Below, piece after piece: positions 1 through 10,748 of a stretch of 64,000 bases of DNA; position 1 is the first letter of the stretch; each line of letters opens with the position of its first letter. The notes below the pieces were generated by a model. The model had not been told where the DNA came from. It worked only from the letters and a program-made list of their open reading frames with translations, and did no database searches. Source of the stretch: Mobula hypostoma. Lineage: Eukaryota. A program made the position numbers and the translations under genes. The stretch lies in NCBI RefSeq assembly GCF_963921235.1, contig NC_086097.1, positions 89,778,001 to 89,842,000 of the forward strand, written 5' to 3'.

Positions 1-19
1 AATGAGGAAGCCTCAGAGT

Positions 20-660
20 GTATTGAAAGGGACTTTGGAGTACAAGTCCAATGATCCCTAAAGAGAGCAACACAGGTAGATGAGGTACTGAAGAAAGCGT
101 ATGGGATACCTGCCTCCATCAGGTAGTTATAGTGTTATAGTGCGGCTATATAAAACATGGGTTAGGCCATGATGGAGCATTATGTACTCCTTAGATAACC
201 ACTTCACAGGAAGGACACGATTGCTCTGAGGAGGGTGCATTCTCCAAATGAAGTATCTCAAACCAAAGTGCGGACTGTTCATTTCTCCCAACACATGCTG
301 CCCGACATGCTGAGTTCCTCCAGTACCTTGTTGGCTACATGCAGAGGAGGTACAGCAGAATGGTGCCTTGGATCGAGCAGCTCATTATGAGCAAAGGCTG
401 GAGAGTCTTGCTACTTACTCTGCAAAAGAGGAGCCTAAGAGGGGTTGGGGAGTGACAGTGGGGGGATATACGAAACAATGAGAGGCAGAGATGGGGTATA
501 GTAGGCAAGATGAAGTTTCAAAAACCAGAGGTCACAGGTTTAGTTAGAATAAGGGAGAAGAGATGTAAAGGGAATCTGGGCAAGAGGTTTCCCACCTAGA
601 GGGAGGGTGAGTCCGGAATGCACTGACTGAGTGAGTGCTGGGGGCAGGTACAGTTTATTC
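20..660 (+). mobile_element. Degraded CR1 LINE 3' fragment (RT C-terminal region)
   Basis: Degenerate match to the DLGVQV..KKAYG..LYK.LVRP.LE..ALE.VQ segment seen in better CR1 copies here (e.g. 55200-55700); interrupted at ~241-340. Confidence 0.7.
241..340 (+). mobile_element. Penelope-like element (PLE) 3' terminal fragment inside CR1
   Basis: gactgttcatttctcc...atgctgcccgacatgctgagttcctccag matches the terminus of the PLE at 31140-32645. Confidence 0.65.
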
Positions 661-1814
661 CGCTCTCTCTATTAAAAAGTGCTTTGACTCAAACATCTTA
701 CATCATACATTTACATACACTGCACTCAGTTACCTGTACTCTACCTTGCCCCTCCTCTTCCTTGAATTCCTTCCAAGCTTCTCGCTGTCCTTTGAACTTT
801 ACTCATCAATCTCCCTTCATTATATTTCCTCCTTTCTTCATTCTCCCATTCGCTTCCTCCCTCCTTCTATTTCTCCATCCCCACACACTCTTTCTCCTTT
901 CATCACACCCTGCCTTCCCCCAATCCATATCTCAATCACACTCGAAATTTCTTACTCTATGAAGTTCTATCTTACTTCATTTTCCAGCAAACTGCAAAGC
1001 ACTGGAATGATGTTCCTAGCTGCCTGGTGAGGGGGTTTAACCAAGATACATATTGGAAAGCCTCCTTTCCATATGTTGATAACCAAAACATTATTCCCAA
1101 CAAAAGGAAATAATTAAAACATGTGTAAAGGGATGCTCATGAGAAGTTCAGAAAGGCCCTAAGTATAACAATGGTCCAGATTTTAATGGGTCTTGAATGG
1201 CCTCCAAGAAATTTTACATTGCCAGTTTGAACCTTGAATGGCTGCCCAACTGTCCTTTACCACAACCAGATCTTGACGTTTCAATCTCCTGCTTGAACAC
1301 ATGTGATTTAGATCTCTCAGCAACCTGTCATTGGATCTAAATCCTGGAACACAGCCACACAGGGAGCACCTCAAGGACTGTGGCGGTTCAAGAAGGGGGT
1401 TCTCAGTGATCATCAGGGATGTGTAATAAATACTGGCCTTGACAGAGATGCTCAGATACACAACTCCCCCCCACAAAAAAAAAACAAACAAAAAATCCAC
1501 ACCCTGACCAAGAGCTCTCCCAGCACAACCCACTGATGTAATTAATGGTGTATGGAGAATGGAAGGATGACCAGAGTCTGAGCGTCAGGCATACAGTGTC
1601 CAATAATCTCTGAAACAAAGCTGGCATGAACTTGATCTCATAATGTAAAAGGTTTTCCTTCTAGTCTCCCTCACTTTTTCCCCTCCCATTCTCTTTCTAA
1701 TCTTCCGTTTTCCACTGCTTCACCTCAATAGCTATCAAGCTCTCTACCTCTCTTCCTCACCTCTCATTTTCTCCCTTCCTTCACTTCCTCTTTCGTTCCC
1801 TCCCCCACTTTTAG

Positions 1815-2015
1815 CTACCTTGGAGTACAAGCATGTTTCCCTGAAAGGGGAGTCACAAGTAGACAGGGTGGTGAAGAAGGCTTTCATAAATCAGAGCTAT
1901 GGGTATAAATGTTGGGAGGTCATATGGTGCAGTTGTACAGGAGGCTGGTGATGCCACACTCAGAACATTGAGTTCAGTTTTGGTTGACCTGCTAAAGGAA
2001 ATATGTTACTAATTA
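1815..2015 (+). mobile_element. CR1 fragment A, part 1 (resumes at 4256-4320 and 4956-5380)
   Basis: Degenerate LGVQ..SLK..QVDRVVKKA..QLYR.LV.PH.E..VQFW coding signature. Confidence 0.75.
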
Positions 2016-2694
2016 GGGAGGAGAAGATGACAGCGCGACACAGCTTGCAGTGGCCACTCCAGTGGAGATATCTGTTATCTGTCAAGTAGGGTTCCGTGCA
2101 CAATCCTGATTTGATGGAGACAGACGTGAGAGCACGGAGGAACATCTGGTGAAACTTCTGAAATGCCTGCTTCGCTGCTGCTGCTACTGTGTGGTCCAGA
2201 ATCTCCGGAGGAGAAGGCCTCGAGTCCTCAGCTTTGTTTGTTGCTAAGTGGCCGGGGCGGGGTCGAAAGCGCTCCGCAGAGGATGGTGCTCGGAGAGGCT
2301 GTGTCGGAGGGCTGGTCGGAGGCTCGAAGTTTTCGGACGGACTCAGAGTCCGCTGTGGTTGGGTGCTTCCAATGGTGCTGCATCGGCAAGTTTGCAGCGC
2401 TTGGAGGTTCATGGCGGGGAGAGTTCCTCCCTTCTGTCGTCTGCGTGAGATGATGGAGCTTTCGGGACTTGAGACTTTTTTTTACCGTGCCCATGGTCTG
2501 TTCTTTATCAAATTATGGTATTGCTTTACACTGTTGTAACTATATGTTATAATTATGTGGTTTTGTCAGTTTTAGTCTTGGTTTGTCCTGTGTTTCTGTG
2601 ATATCATTCTTGAAGAACATTGTATCATTTCTTAAGGTGTGCATTTCTAAATGACAATAAATGAGGACTGAGTGTCCTCATAATCTAATCTAAT
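2016..2694 (+). mobile_element. ~680-bp non-autonomous non-LTR element (family X), copy 1
   Basis: Homologous to 3115-3630, 14432-15119 and 18881-19564; 5' GGGAGGAGAAGATG, 3' AATAAA, GAGGAC-N5-GTCCTC hairpin and (TAATC)n tail. Confidence 0.85.
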
Positions 2695-3114
2695 TTGACA
2701 AGGGTGATATAATGTGGTAAACTGGATCAAAAATTAGCAGATGACACCAAGATTGGGGGTGTGGTGGACAGCAAGGAGACTATCAAAGCTTGCAACATGA
2801 TCTGGACCAGCTGGAAAAATGGGCTGAAAAATGGCAGATGGAACTTATTTCAGGCAAGTGTAAGGCATTACCCTTTGGGAGGACAAGCCAGGGTAGAACT
2901 TACACTTTGAGTGGTAGGACTCTGAGGAATGTGATAGAACTGATCCATATGGGAATACAGATCCATAATTTCTTGACAGTGGTGTCACAATAGATGAGGT
3001 TGTAAAGAAAGCTTTTGGCACATTGGCCTTTATAAATCAAAGTACAAACATTTGTATGTGTACAACAGTTAGGATGTTATTTTGAAGTTATATAAGATGT
3101 TGGTGAGGCCTAAT

Positions 3115-3630
3115 TTAGATTAGATTATGAAGACATGTAGTCCTCTTTTATTGTCATTTAGTAATGCATGCATTAAGAAATGATACATTATTTCCTCCGG
3201 TGTGATATCACAAAACACAGGACAGACCAAGACTGAAAAAACTGACAAAACCACATAATTATAACATATAGTTACAAGAGTGCACAATACCATAACTTGA
3301 TGAAGAAGTCCATGAGCATAGTAAAGTTCAAAGTTTCTCAAATGTCCCACATCTCACGCAGACTGGAGAAGAAGGAAAAACTCTCCCTGCCATGCCAACC
3401 ACAATCCGACTCTGAGTCATCCAAAAACTTCGAGCTCTGATCAGCTCTCTGACACCGAGTACTGAGTGCCATCTCTGTCCGAACAATTCGACCTTCTTCG
3501 TGGTCGCCAAAAGCAGGCAAGGCCGGGGATTTTGAGGCCTACCCTCCGAAATATTCCTGACCACACAGTAACAACAGCAGCGAATGGGCTTTTCAGAAAT
3601 TTCTTCAGATGTTCCTCTGTCCTTTCACGA
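3115..3630 (-). mobile_element. Family X, 5'-truncated copy 2, inserted in CR1-B
   Basis: Begins with reverse tail ttagattagattatg; splits the CR1 motif LVRPNL|EYCV.FWSP. Confidence 0.85.
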
Positions 3631-3783
3631 TTTGGGATATTGTTTGGAGTTTTGGTCACCTACCTACAGGAAATATGTCAAAAGATTGAAAGACTGCAGA
3701 GAAAATTTACAAGGATGTTGCCGGGACTTGAGGACATAAGTTATAGGGAAAGAATGAATAGATTAGGACTTCGTTCCCCAGAG

Positions 3784-3862
3784 CAGGTGCTCCCAATCTG
3801 GGATCCATGGAACTCTATGTTAATGGTGGGGGTCCATGGCATAAGAAGGTTGGAAACTCCCG
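3784..3862. mobile_element. ~80-bp hAT (Charlie-like) MITE
   Basis: Imperfect TIRs CAGGTGCTCCCAATC...GGTTGGAAACTCCCG; degenerate NNCTAGAN-type target; second copy at 22383-22462. Confidence 0.65.
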
Positions 3863-4320
3863 AACTAGAACGTAGAATAATGAAGGGAGATTTGATTGAG
3901 GTGTACAAAATTCGGAGGGGTATAGATAGGATTAATGTAAACAAACTGGGTTGGTGAGGCTGGGTGAGACTAGAACTAGAGGTCATGGGTTAAGGGTGAA
4001 AGGTAAGATGTTTAAGGGAACTTCTTTACCCTGCCGTGATGAGTGTTGCCAGCCAAGATTTGTCTTCGGAGCTGCCACTGGAAGTAGAGCATGTGGATTC
4101 CATTTCAACATATAAGAGAAATTTGGACAGGTACATGGATGGGAGGGGTTTGGAGGCCTACGGTCCAGGTACTGGGCAATGGGGGGAGATTAATAGTTTG
4201 GACTAGATGGGCCGAAGGACTTATTTCTGTGCTGTAGTGTTTTATGACTCTATGATGCTAAGAGTGCAGAAAAGTCTGCTGGGAGTTGGGGAACTGAGTT
4301 ATAGGAAGAATGTTGGATAA

Positions 4321-4955
4321 AGTTCAAGGTTTTAAGTAAAGTTATTATCTAAATGCATACATGTCACCATATACTAACATGGGATTCATTTTCTTGCAGG
4401 CATTTACAAGAAAATAAAGAAATACAATAGAATTTATGAAAAACTATAAGTAACAAGGACTGAAAAACAGCCAATGTGCAAAAAAAAGAAGATAAATCAT
4501 ACAAATAATAAAAAAGTAAATAAATAATACAGAGAAAGTGATTCTATAGGTTGTGGAGTCAATTCAGCATTGAGGTGAGTTAAGTTATCCACACTGGTCC
4601 TGATGCCTGATAGTTGTAGGATAGTAACTGTTCCTGAACCTGGTGGCGTGGGACCTAAGGCTCTTGTACCTCCTGCCCAGTGGTAGCAGGGAGAAGAGAG
4701 CATGGCCTGGATGATGGACGCTGCTTTCTTGTGGTAGTGCTCCTTGTAAACGCGCTCAATGGTGGGGAGGGTTTTGCGTGTGATTCACGGGGCAGTATCC
4801 ACTATTTCTGGTAGATTTGTCTGTTTCTGGGCATATGGTGTTGACATGGTAGGTTGTGATGCAACCAGGCAGGATACTCTCCATTGTGCATTTATAATAG
4901 TTTGTCGAAATATTAGATAACATGCCAGATTTACAAAACATTCTATGAAAGTAAG
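4321..4955 (-). mobile_element. Rex1/Babar LINE 3' fragment
   Basis: Reverse strand gives Y.CT.ESIL.GCIT and HAL.S.L..GRRY.S..T.RFRNSYYP; AATAA plus repeat tail at the low-coordinate end. Confidence 0.8.
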
Positions 4956-5380
4956 ACTAGGACTTTATTCCTGAGAGCATAGAGACTGAAAGATGATCTT
5001 ATTGAGATCAATAAAATCATGAGGGGCACAGACAGGGTGAATGTATTTGGTCTTTTTTCTTCCCAGGGATTGGGGAATCAAGAACTAGAGAGCATAGGTT
5101 TAAGATGAGAGGAGAAAGTTTTAAAGGAACTTGAGGACCAATTTTTTTTACACAAAGGATGGTGTGTTTGTGGAATGGGGCTGCTCAAGGAAGGGATTGA
5201 GGCTGGTACGATGACAATTTTTAAAACGTACTTGGACAGGTACATGGATTGGAAAGGTTTAGAAGGTTAAGGGCCAAACGGGGGCAAATAGCCCCATCCT
5301 GGATGGTCATCTAGGCCAGCATGGACCAGCTGAGCCAAAGTGCCTGTTTCTCTGCTGTAGAATTCTACGTATGATTCTAA
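4956..5380 (+). mobile_element. CR1 fragment A, final part with 3' UTR
   Basis: LGLYS...DLIEI.KIMRG.DRV, then CR1 3' UTR gccaaagtgcctgtttctctgctgtagaattcta..tatgattcta. Confidence 0.8.
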
Positions 5381-5984
5381 GACCTCATTTGCTGTCTGCC
5401 TCTCTCTTCCTCCATTGCTTTGCTTCCTCTTTTATTCCATCCCTCACATCATTAATCCCCTCGTGCATCCCCTTACCTTTCATTCTCTCTCTTCTCACTT
5501 TCTCCTTCCTTCAACTTCATTCCCTCACTCACTTCCTTTCCCATCTCACTCCCTCCCTCTGTCACCTCTCTTCTCTCCCATCTTCACCTCCAAATAACAG
5601 CAAAACATTAGTTAAATCCTCACCCTGGCTGTGCCATTAAATTTTTAACCCTCCCAAACCAACTAATATTTGTTGTCTGACTTTTAAGAAGTACTGGATT
5701 GATTGCCAATAACTCATTCCAGTAATTTCCTCGAAGCCTTGTATTTAAGAGCCTCTGTTTGCATAGTGTGCACTGTGCACCGGGGTTGCATGATTTATTT
5801 TGCATTGGATTTAAATATGGGCCCCCTCTTAGCGGGAGATAATCAGCTGGCAGCCTAGAGAAGAGAACAAACGAGATTAAAACCATACAGAACCCAATGA
5901 AAACAATGTTTCTGGTGCTTCTTTCCAACATGTTGACAAGATCATTAAGTTATTGGGAAGGGGATTCTGAAACACAAATGGATT

Positions 5985-6325
5985 GGAGGAGCTGCAGTGT
6001 AGTGCAAGAGATATAGTCAGTTACACAGAGTGCTAGGGGACAGGGGTTACTGAGTGACACAGTAAGGGAACTGGATTAACTCCAATTGAGATACAGTTAG
6101 TATCAAAAGGTGCTAGGGGAGAGGAGTTAATGAGTAACAGTGTGGGGGAGCTGGATTAACACCAGTGGAGATACAGGGTGATGAGAGAGGAGTTACTGAC
6201 TGAGTGAAGGAACTTGATTAATACCAGCAGCGATGCAGTCAATGATACAGGGTGCTGGAGTAGAGACAGTACTGACTGATGTTGTAAGGGAGCTGGATTA
6301 ATACCAGAGGAGATGCAGTCAGTAA
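5985..6325. repeat. Degenerate minisatellite, ~60-80 bp unit, 4-5 copies
   Basis: Recurrent ggagctggattaa(c/t)accag..gagatacag...gggttactga near 6067, 6147, 6209 and 6290. Confidence 0.7.
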
Positions 6326-6329
6326 ATCA

Positions 6330-7850
6330 TTACATGATTAAGGAAGTTAAGGTAAATGAACCCTTTGGAGACAATGATCAGAATATGACAGAATTCACTC
6401 TGCAGTTTGAGAGGAGGGAAGCAAGAAAATCAGGTGGATTAGTATTACAGTGGAGTAAAGGGAACTATAGATGCATGAGAGAGGAGCTAGCCAAGTTGAG
6501 TGGAAGAGAACACTCTGGCATGGATGACGGCAGAACAACAATGGCTGGAGATTCTGGGAGCAATTCAAGAGGCACAGACAAGATTTACCCCAACAAAGAA
6601 GCATTCTGAGGCAATTGTAGCTCATAAGGAAGCCAAGAGCAGCATAAAAGCAAAAGAGAGGGCATAAAGTAGAGCAAACATTAGTAGGAAGTTAGAGGAT
6701 TGGGAAGCTTTTAAAAACTAACAGAAGGGAGCTAAGAAAAAGCCGTAAGGAGTGAAAAGATTAAATATAAAGGTAAGGTAGCCAATAATGCAAGTGAGGA
6801 TACCAAAAGTCTTTTTTTCAAATATATAAAGAGTGAAAGAAAGGGGAGAGTGGACTTTGAATGGCTGGAAAATGATGTTAGAGAGGTAGTGATTGGAGAC
6901 AAAGAAATGGTGGATGAACTCAATAAATGTTTTGCACCAGTATTTACTGTTGAGGATACCAGCAGAAAGCCAAAAATCCCAGAGTGTCACGGGGAAGAAG
7001 TGAGTGTAGTTGTTATTATTAAGGAGAAAGTGCTTGATAAGCTGAAAGATCTGAAGGTAGATAAGTCACCTGGACCAGATGGACCTCAAAGAGGTAGCCG
7101 AAGAGATTGCAGAGGCATTAGTAATGATCTTTCAAGGATCACTAGATTCTGGAATGGTTCCAGAGGACTGGTAAACTGCAAATGTCACTCCACTCTTTAA
7201 GAAGGGAGGAAGGCAAGAAACAGGAAATTATAGGCCTGTTAGCCTGACTTCAGTGGTTGGGAAGATGTTGGAGTCCATTATTAAGGGTGAGGTTTTGGGG
7301 TACTTGGAGGCACGTGACAAAATAGGCATAGGCCATTATGGTTTCCTTAAGGGGAAGTCTTCCCTGACAAATCTGTTGGAATTCTTTGAGGAAATAACAG
7401 GCAGGATAGACAAAGGAGAGTCAGTGGATGTTGTCTACTTGGATTTTCAGAAGGCCTTTGACAAGGTCCTATACATGAGGTTGCTAAACAAAATAACAGT
7501 TCATGGTAATACAGGAAAGATATGCATATGTGTAGAAGATTGATTGATTGACTGGCAGGAGGCAGATACTGGGAATAAAGAGAGCCTCTTCTATTTGTCT
7601 GCTGGTGACAAGTGGTGTTCTGCAGTGGTTGGTGTTGTGACCACTTCTTTTCACATTTTATCTCAAAGATTGGGATGGTGGAATTGATGGCTTTGTGGCC
7701 AAGTTTGTGGATGATACAAAGATAGCTGGAGGAACAGAGAGTGTTGAGGAAGCAGAGTTTGCAGAAGGACTTCGACAGATTGGGAGAATAGCAAAGAAGC
7801 TGTAGATAGAATACAGTGTAGGAAAGTATGTGGTCATGCACTCTGGGGCA
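6330..7850 (+). mobile_element. CR1 ORF2 internal fragment (RT), frameshifted
   Basis: DKSPGPDG, NYRPVSLTSVVGKMLESII, SLTNLLEFFEEIT, VDVVYLDFQKAFDKV, KFVDDTKI. Confidence 0.95.
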
Positions 7851-8161
7851 TGAGGTTACTCAATCCATAATTTCTGCTCTGTCTTTTAATAAGAGAATGG
7901 CTAATCTGATTGTACCATGAATTCTACATCCCACCTACCGCTGTTGAACTTTCACCCCCTTTTTTTAACAAGCATTTTTCTGCTTCTGTCTCAAAAACAT
8001 TCAAAAATTATAAGACCATAAGACATATGAGCAGAATTAGACCTTTCAGCTCGTTGGGTCTACGTCCACTGCCTTTTGAGGAAGAGGTTTCCAAAGACTC
8101 ACAACCTTCTTATTCCCAATTCTCCTACAGGAGGAAACACCCTCTCGACATCTACCCTGCC

Positions 8162-8560
8162 AAGACACCTTGGGATTTGGTTACTCCTCAATCAAGTCCT
8201 CCCTCACCCTTCCAAACACAAAGACACCTCGGCATTTGGCCACTCCTCAATCTCCTCCCTCACCCTTCCAAACACAAAGACACCTCGGCATTTGGCCACT
8301 CCTCAATCTCCTCTCTCACTCTTCCAAACACAAAGACACCTCGGCATTTGGCCACTCCTCAATCTCCTCTCTCACTCTTCCAAACACAAAGACACCTTGG
8401 CATTTGGCCACTCCTCAATCTCCTCTCTCACTCTTCCAAACACAAAGACATCTTGGCATTTGGCCACTCCTCAATCAAGTCCTCCCTCACTCTTCCAAAC
8501 ACAAAGACACCTCGGGATTTGGCTGCTCCTCAATCTTCTCTCTCACTCTTCCAAACTCAA
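8162..8560. repeat. 56/59-bp minisatellite, 7 units
   Basis: Unit aagacacctcggcatttggccactcctcaatctcctctctcactcttccaaacaca starting at about 8162, 8221, 8277, 8333, 8389, 8445 and 8504. Confidence 0.95.
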
Positions 8561-8649
8561 GCAAATACAAGCCCAACCTGATTAACCCTTCCTCAAAACC
8601 TGTCCATTTCAGGTTTAGATGAGGGAAGTGAACATATTTCTGTTTGCTG

Positions 8650-8940
8650 TTGACACAAAACTGAATGGGACTGTGAGTGTGAGCAGGATGCAAAGAGATT
8701 TTAACAGTTTGATGGAATAGGTGAATACATGGCAGATACAGTGTAGTTTGAATAAAGACAGAATATTATTTAGGTCATGATATTTTGGGAAATACGGATG
8801 TGCTTCTGTATACCAGTTAGAAAGCAAACATATAGATGTTAAGAAGGCAAGTGGTATGTTAGTCTTTAGAGAGCATTTGTGTTCAGGAACCAGGTTATCT
8901 TTTCACAGTTAGGGCCTTGGTGAGGTCATATATTTTGGTT
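8650..8940 (+). mobile_element. Degraded CR1 fragment
   Basis: FAVDTKL-like motif; gttaagaaggcaagtggtatgttag; gggccttggtgagg. Confidence 0.6.
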
Positions 8941-9069
8941 TTATAAGATAAGATTAATATTATTCATCACATGTGCATCGAAACATACAGTTAAATGCTT
9001 TGTTTTGCATCAGCTGGGGGCAGACTGTAAGCGTCACCAAGTTCCCAGCACCATTATAATATACCACAA

Positions 9070-9425
9070 CTTACTAACTAACTGGTACGTCTTTTTGGAA
9101 TGTGGGAGGAAGCCAGAGCACCTGGAGGAAACTCGTGTGCTCATGCGGAGAATGTACACACACCTCACAGACAGAGGTGGGAATTGAAACCCTGATTGGA
9201 GTTCGCTGGCCTGTAAAACATTGCACTAACCACTATGCTACTGTGCTAAGAAAAGATGCACTTGTCACAGAGAGCTCGTCTGACTGGGAGGGAGACGAGA
9301 GAGTATGTTTTCTCGTCACAGGGAGAACGTACAAACTTCTAATAGACTGGACTGGAATTGAATTCTGAACTCCAGTGCCCCGAGTTGTAATAGCATCACA
9401 CTAACCGGTACTCTACCGCCTCACC
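9070..9425 (-). mobile_element. Two partial V-SINE/HE1-like tRNA-derived SINEs (~9070-9245 and ~9290-9425)
   Basis: Reverse complement of the V-domain (ggaatgtgggaggaagccagagcacctggaggaaac) and tRNA head (gggaattgaaac, cactaaccactatgcta). Confidence 0.7.
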
Positions 9426-9814
9426 CTACTTGCTTCTGATCTAAAGCCACTGCTCCAGTGAGAGTGAATGCCATTCTACCCAGGGCCAGGACAGATGCCA
9501 GGGTCAATCAGTGGCAAGGGCCAGTCAATAATGAGTAAAAGGGCCCTGCAATTGTGCTGGTTTCACCAAACATTTTCTTTGGAGATTGCACTGGGAACGT
9601 GCTTTGTACTCAAACGTGACCAACAAATTCAGGTGGATCACCAATTATTGTAAGATCCAGCTTAGAAGTTGCAAGGGCTTCATTAACCTCTGCTTGAGCA
9701 GAGTCACAGAGCCTTGGTGCTCAATATAGGGAAGATGGATGATGAATGTACCTTTGTCCATCAGTGCAGGGATTAAAGGAGACCTCTTGTTGGGTCCAAT
9801 AGTATGGAAGAACT

Positions 9815-10315
9815 AAACACAAAAGATTCCGCAGAGACTGGAAATCCAGAGCAACACACACACAATTATGAAGGAACTCAGAAGATCAGGCAGCATCTAA
9901 GGAAAGGGAAAAAACGGTTGCCATTTTGGGCCAAGGCCCTTCATCAGGACTGGGAAATGAAGGGGGAAGAAGGGGGCTGAGGGAAGAGGTGCAAGCTGGT
10001 GGGTGATACAAGAAACCGGGTGAGGAGGAAGGCGGGTGTGCGGGGGAGAAGGGATGACGTTAATAAGCTGAGGTGACACATGGAAGAGGTAAAGGACTGA
10101 AGAAGGAGGAATCTGACAGGAGAGGACGGTGAACCATAGAAGAACGACAAGGAGGAGGAGCACCAGAGGGAGGTGATGGGCAGGTGAGGGGAAGAGAAGG
10201 GGTACAAAGGGAACCAGAATGGGGAATGTATTAAGGGAGAAGTGGGAGTGGGAAAAATTACCATGTTAGAAAAATCAATCTTCATGCAATTAGGTTAGAG
10301 GCTACCCAGACAAAG
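9815..10315 (-). mobile_element. PLE 3' part (GIY-YIG C-terminus + 3' repeat); continues at 12210-12360
   Basis: Reverse strand LGSL.PNCMKIDFSN joins EEQHLI at ~12210; terminus carries a decayed hammerhead at 9915-9952. Confidence 0.85.
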
Positions 10316-10748
10316 GACTGTGAGAACAGCTGAGAGGATCGTAGAGGTCTCCCTACCATCCATCAGGGACATTTATCAGGAGCGCTGCGTTCGCATGGCC
10401 CTTATTATTTTTCAGGATTCCATCCATCTATCCAGCATCCTCTTTGACTTTCTACCATCGGGGAGGAGACTCTGATGCATAAAAACAGGAATGGTCAGGA
10501 TGAGAAACAGTTTCTTCCCCGAGGCCATTAGGCTTCTGAACCCCCGTCACACCATGTTCAAAGTGTCACTGGCTAATCTATTCCATAACTTCCAATATTT
10601 AACGTTAATACACTTTAGTTTGTTAGTTATGTGTGATTCATCTGTAGATTTTATGCTTACCTTCATAAGTTATCGTGTGTTATGTGTACTACTGTGCTTT
10701 ACACCCTGGTTCAGAGAAACGTTGTCTCATTTCTATATACATTATATA

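Larger units (their letters stand above)
2700..4255 (+). mobile_element. CR1 fragment B (RT C-terminus + 3' UTR), interrupted by family X and a MITE
   Basis: [53 protein letters not shown]; ends in ttttatgactctatga. Confidence 0.9.

Noticed and set aside
1270..1470. Old LINE/SINE tail remnants (related pieces near 19670-19880, 20460-20560, 42500-42770, 61670-61800 and 62535-63010)
   Set aside because: Probably ancient repeats, but too decayed to assign family or boundaries by eye.
1960..2539. Protein-coding ORFs in family X copies (also 14556-15170 and 18867-19386)
   Set aside because: Short, on both strands, frames not conserved among copies, no recognisable domain.
8162..8560. CRISPR-like array
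   Set aside because: Head-to-tail repeats with no unique spacers, no cas genes and a eukaryotic context.
7910..8622. Three overlapping 150-223 aa ORFs
   Set aside because: Artefact of a stop-free 56-bp tandem repeat; the peptides are cyclic permutations of each other.
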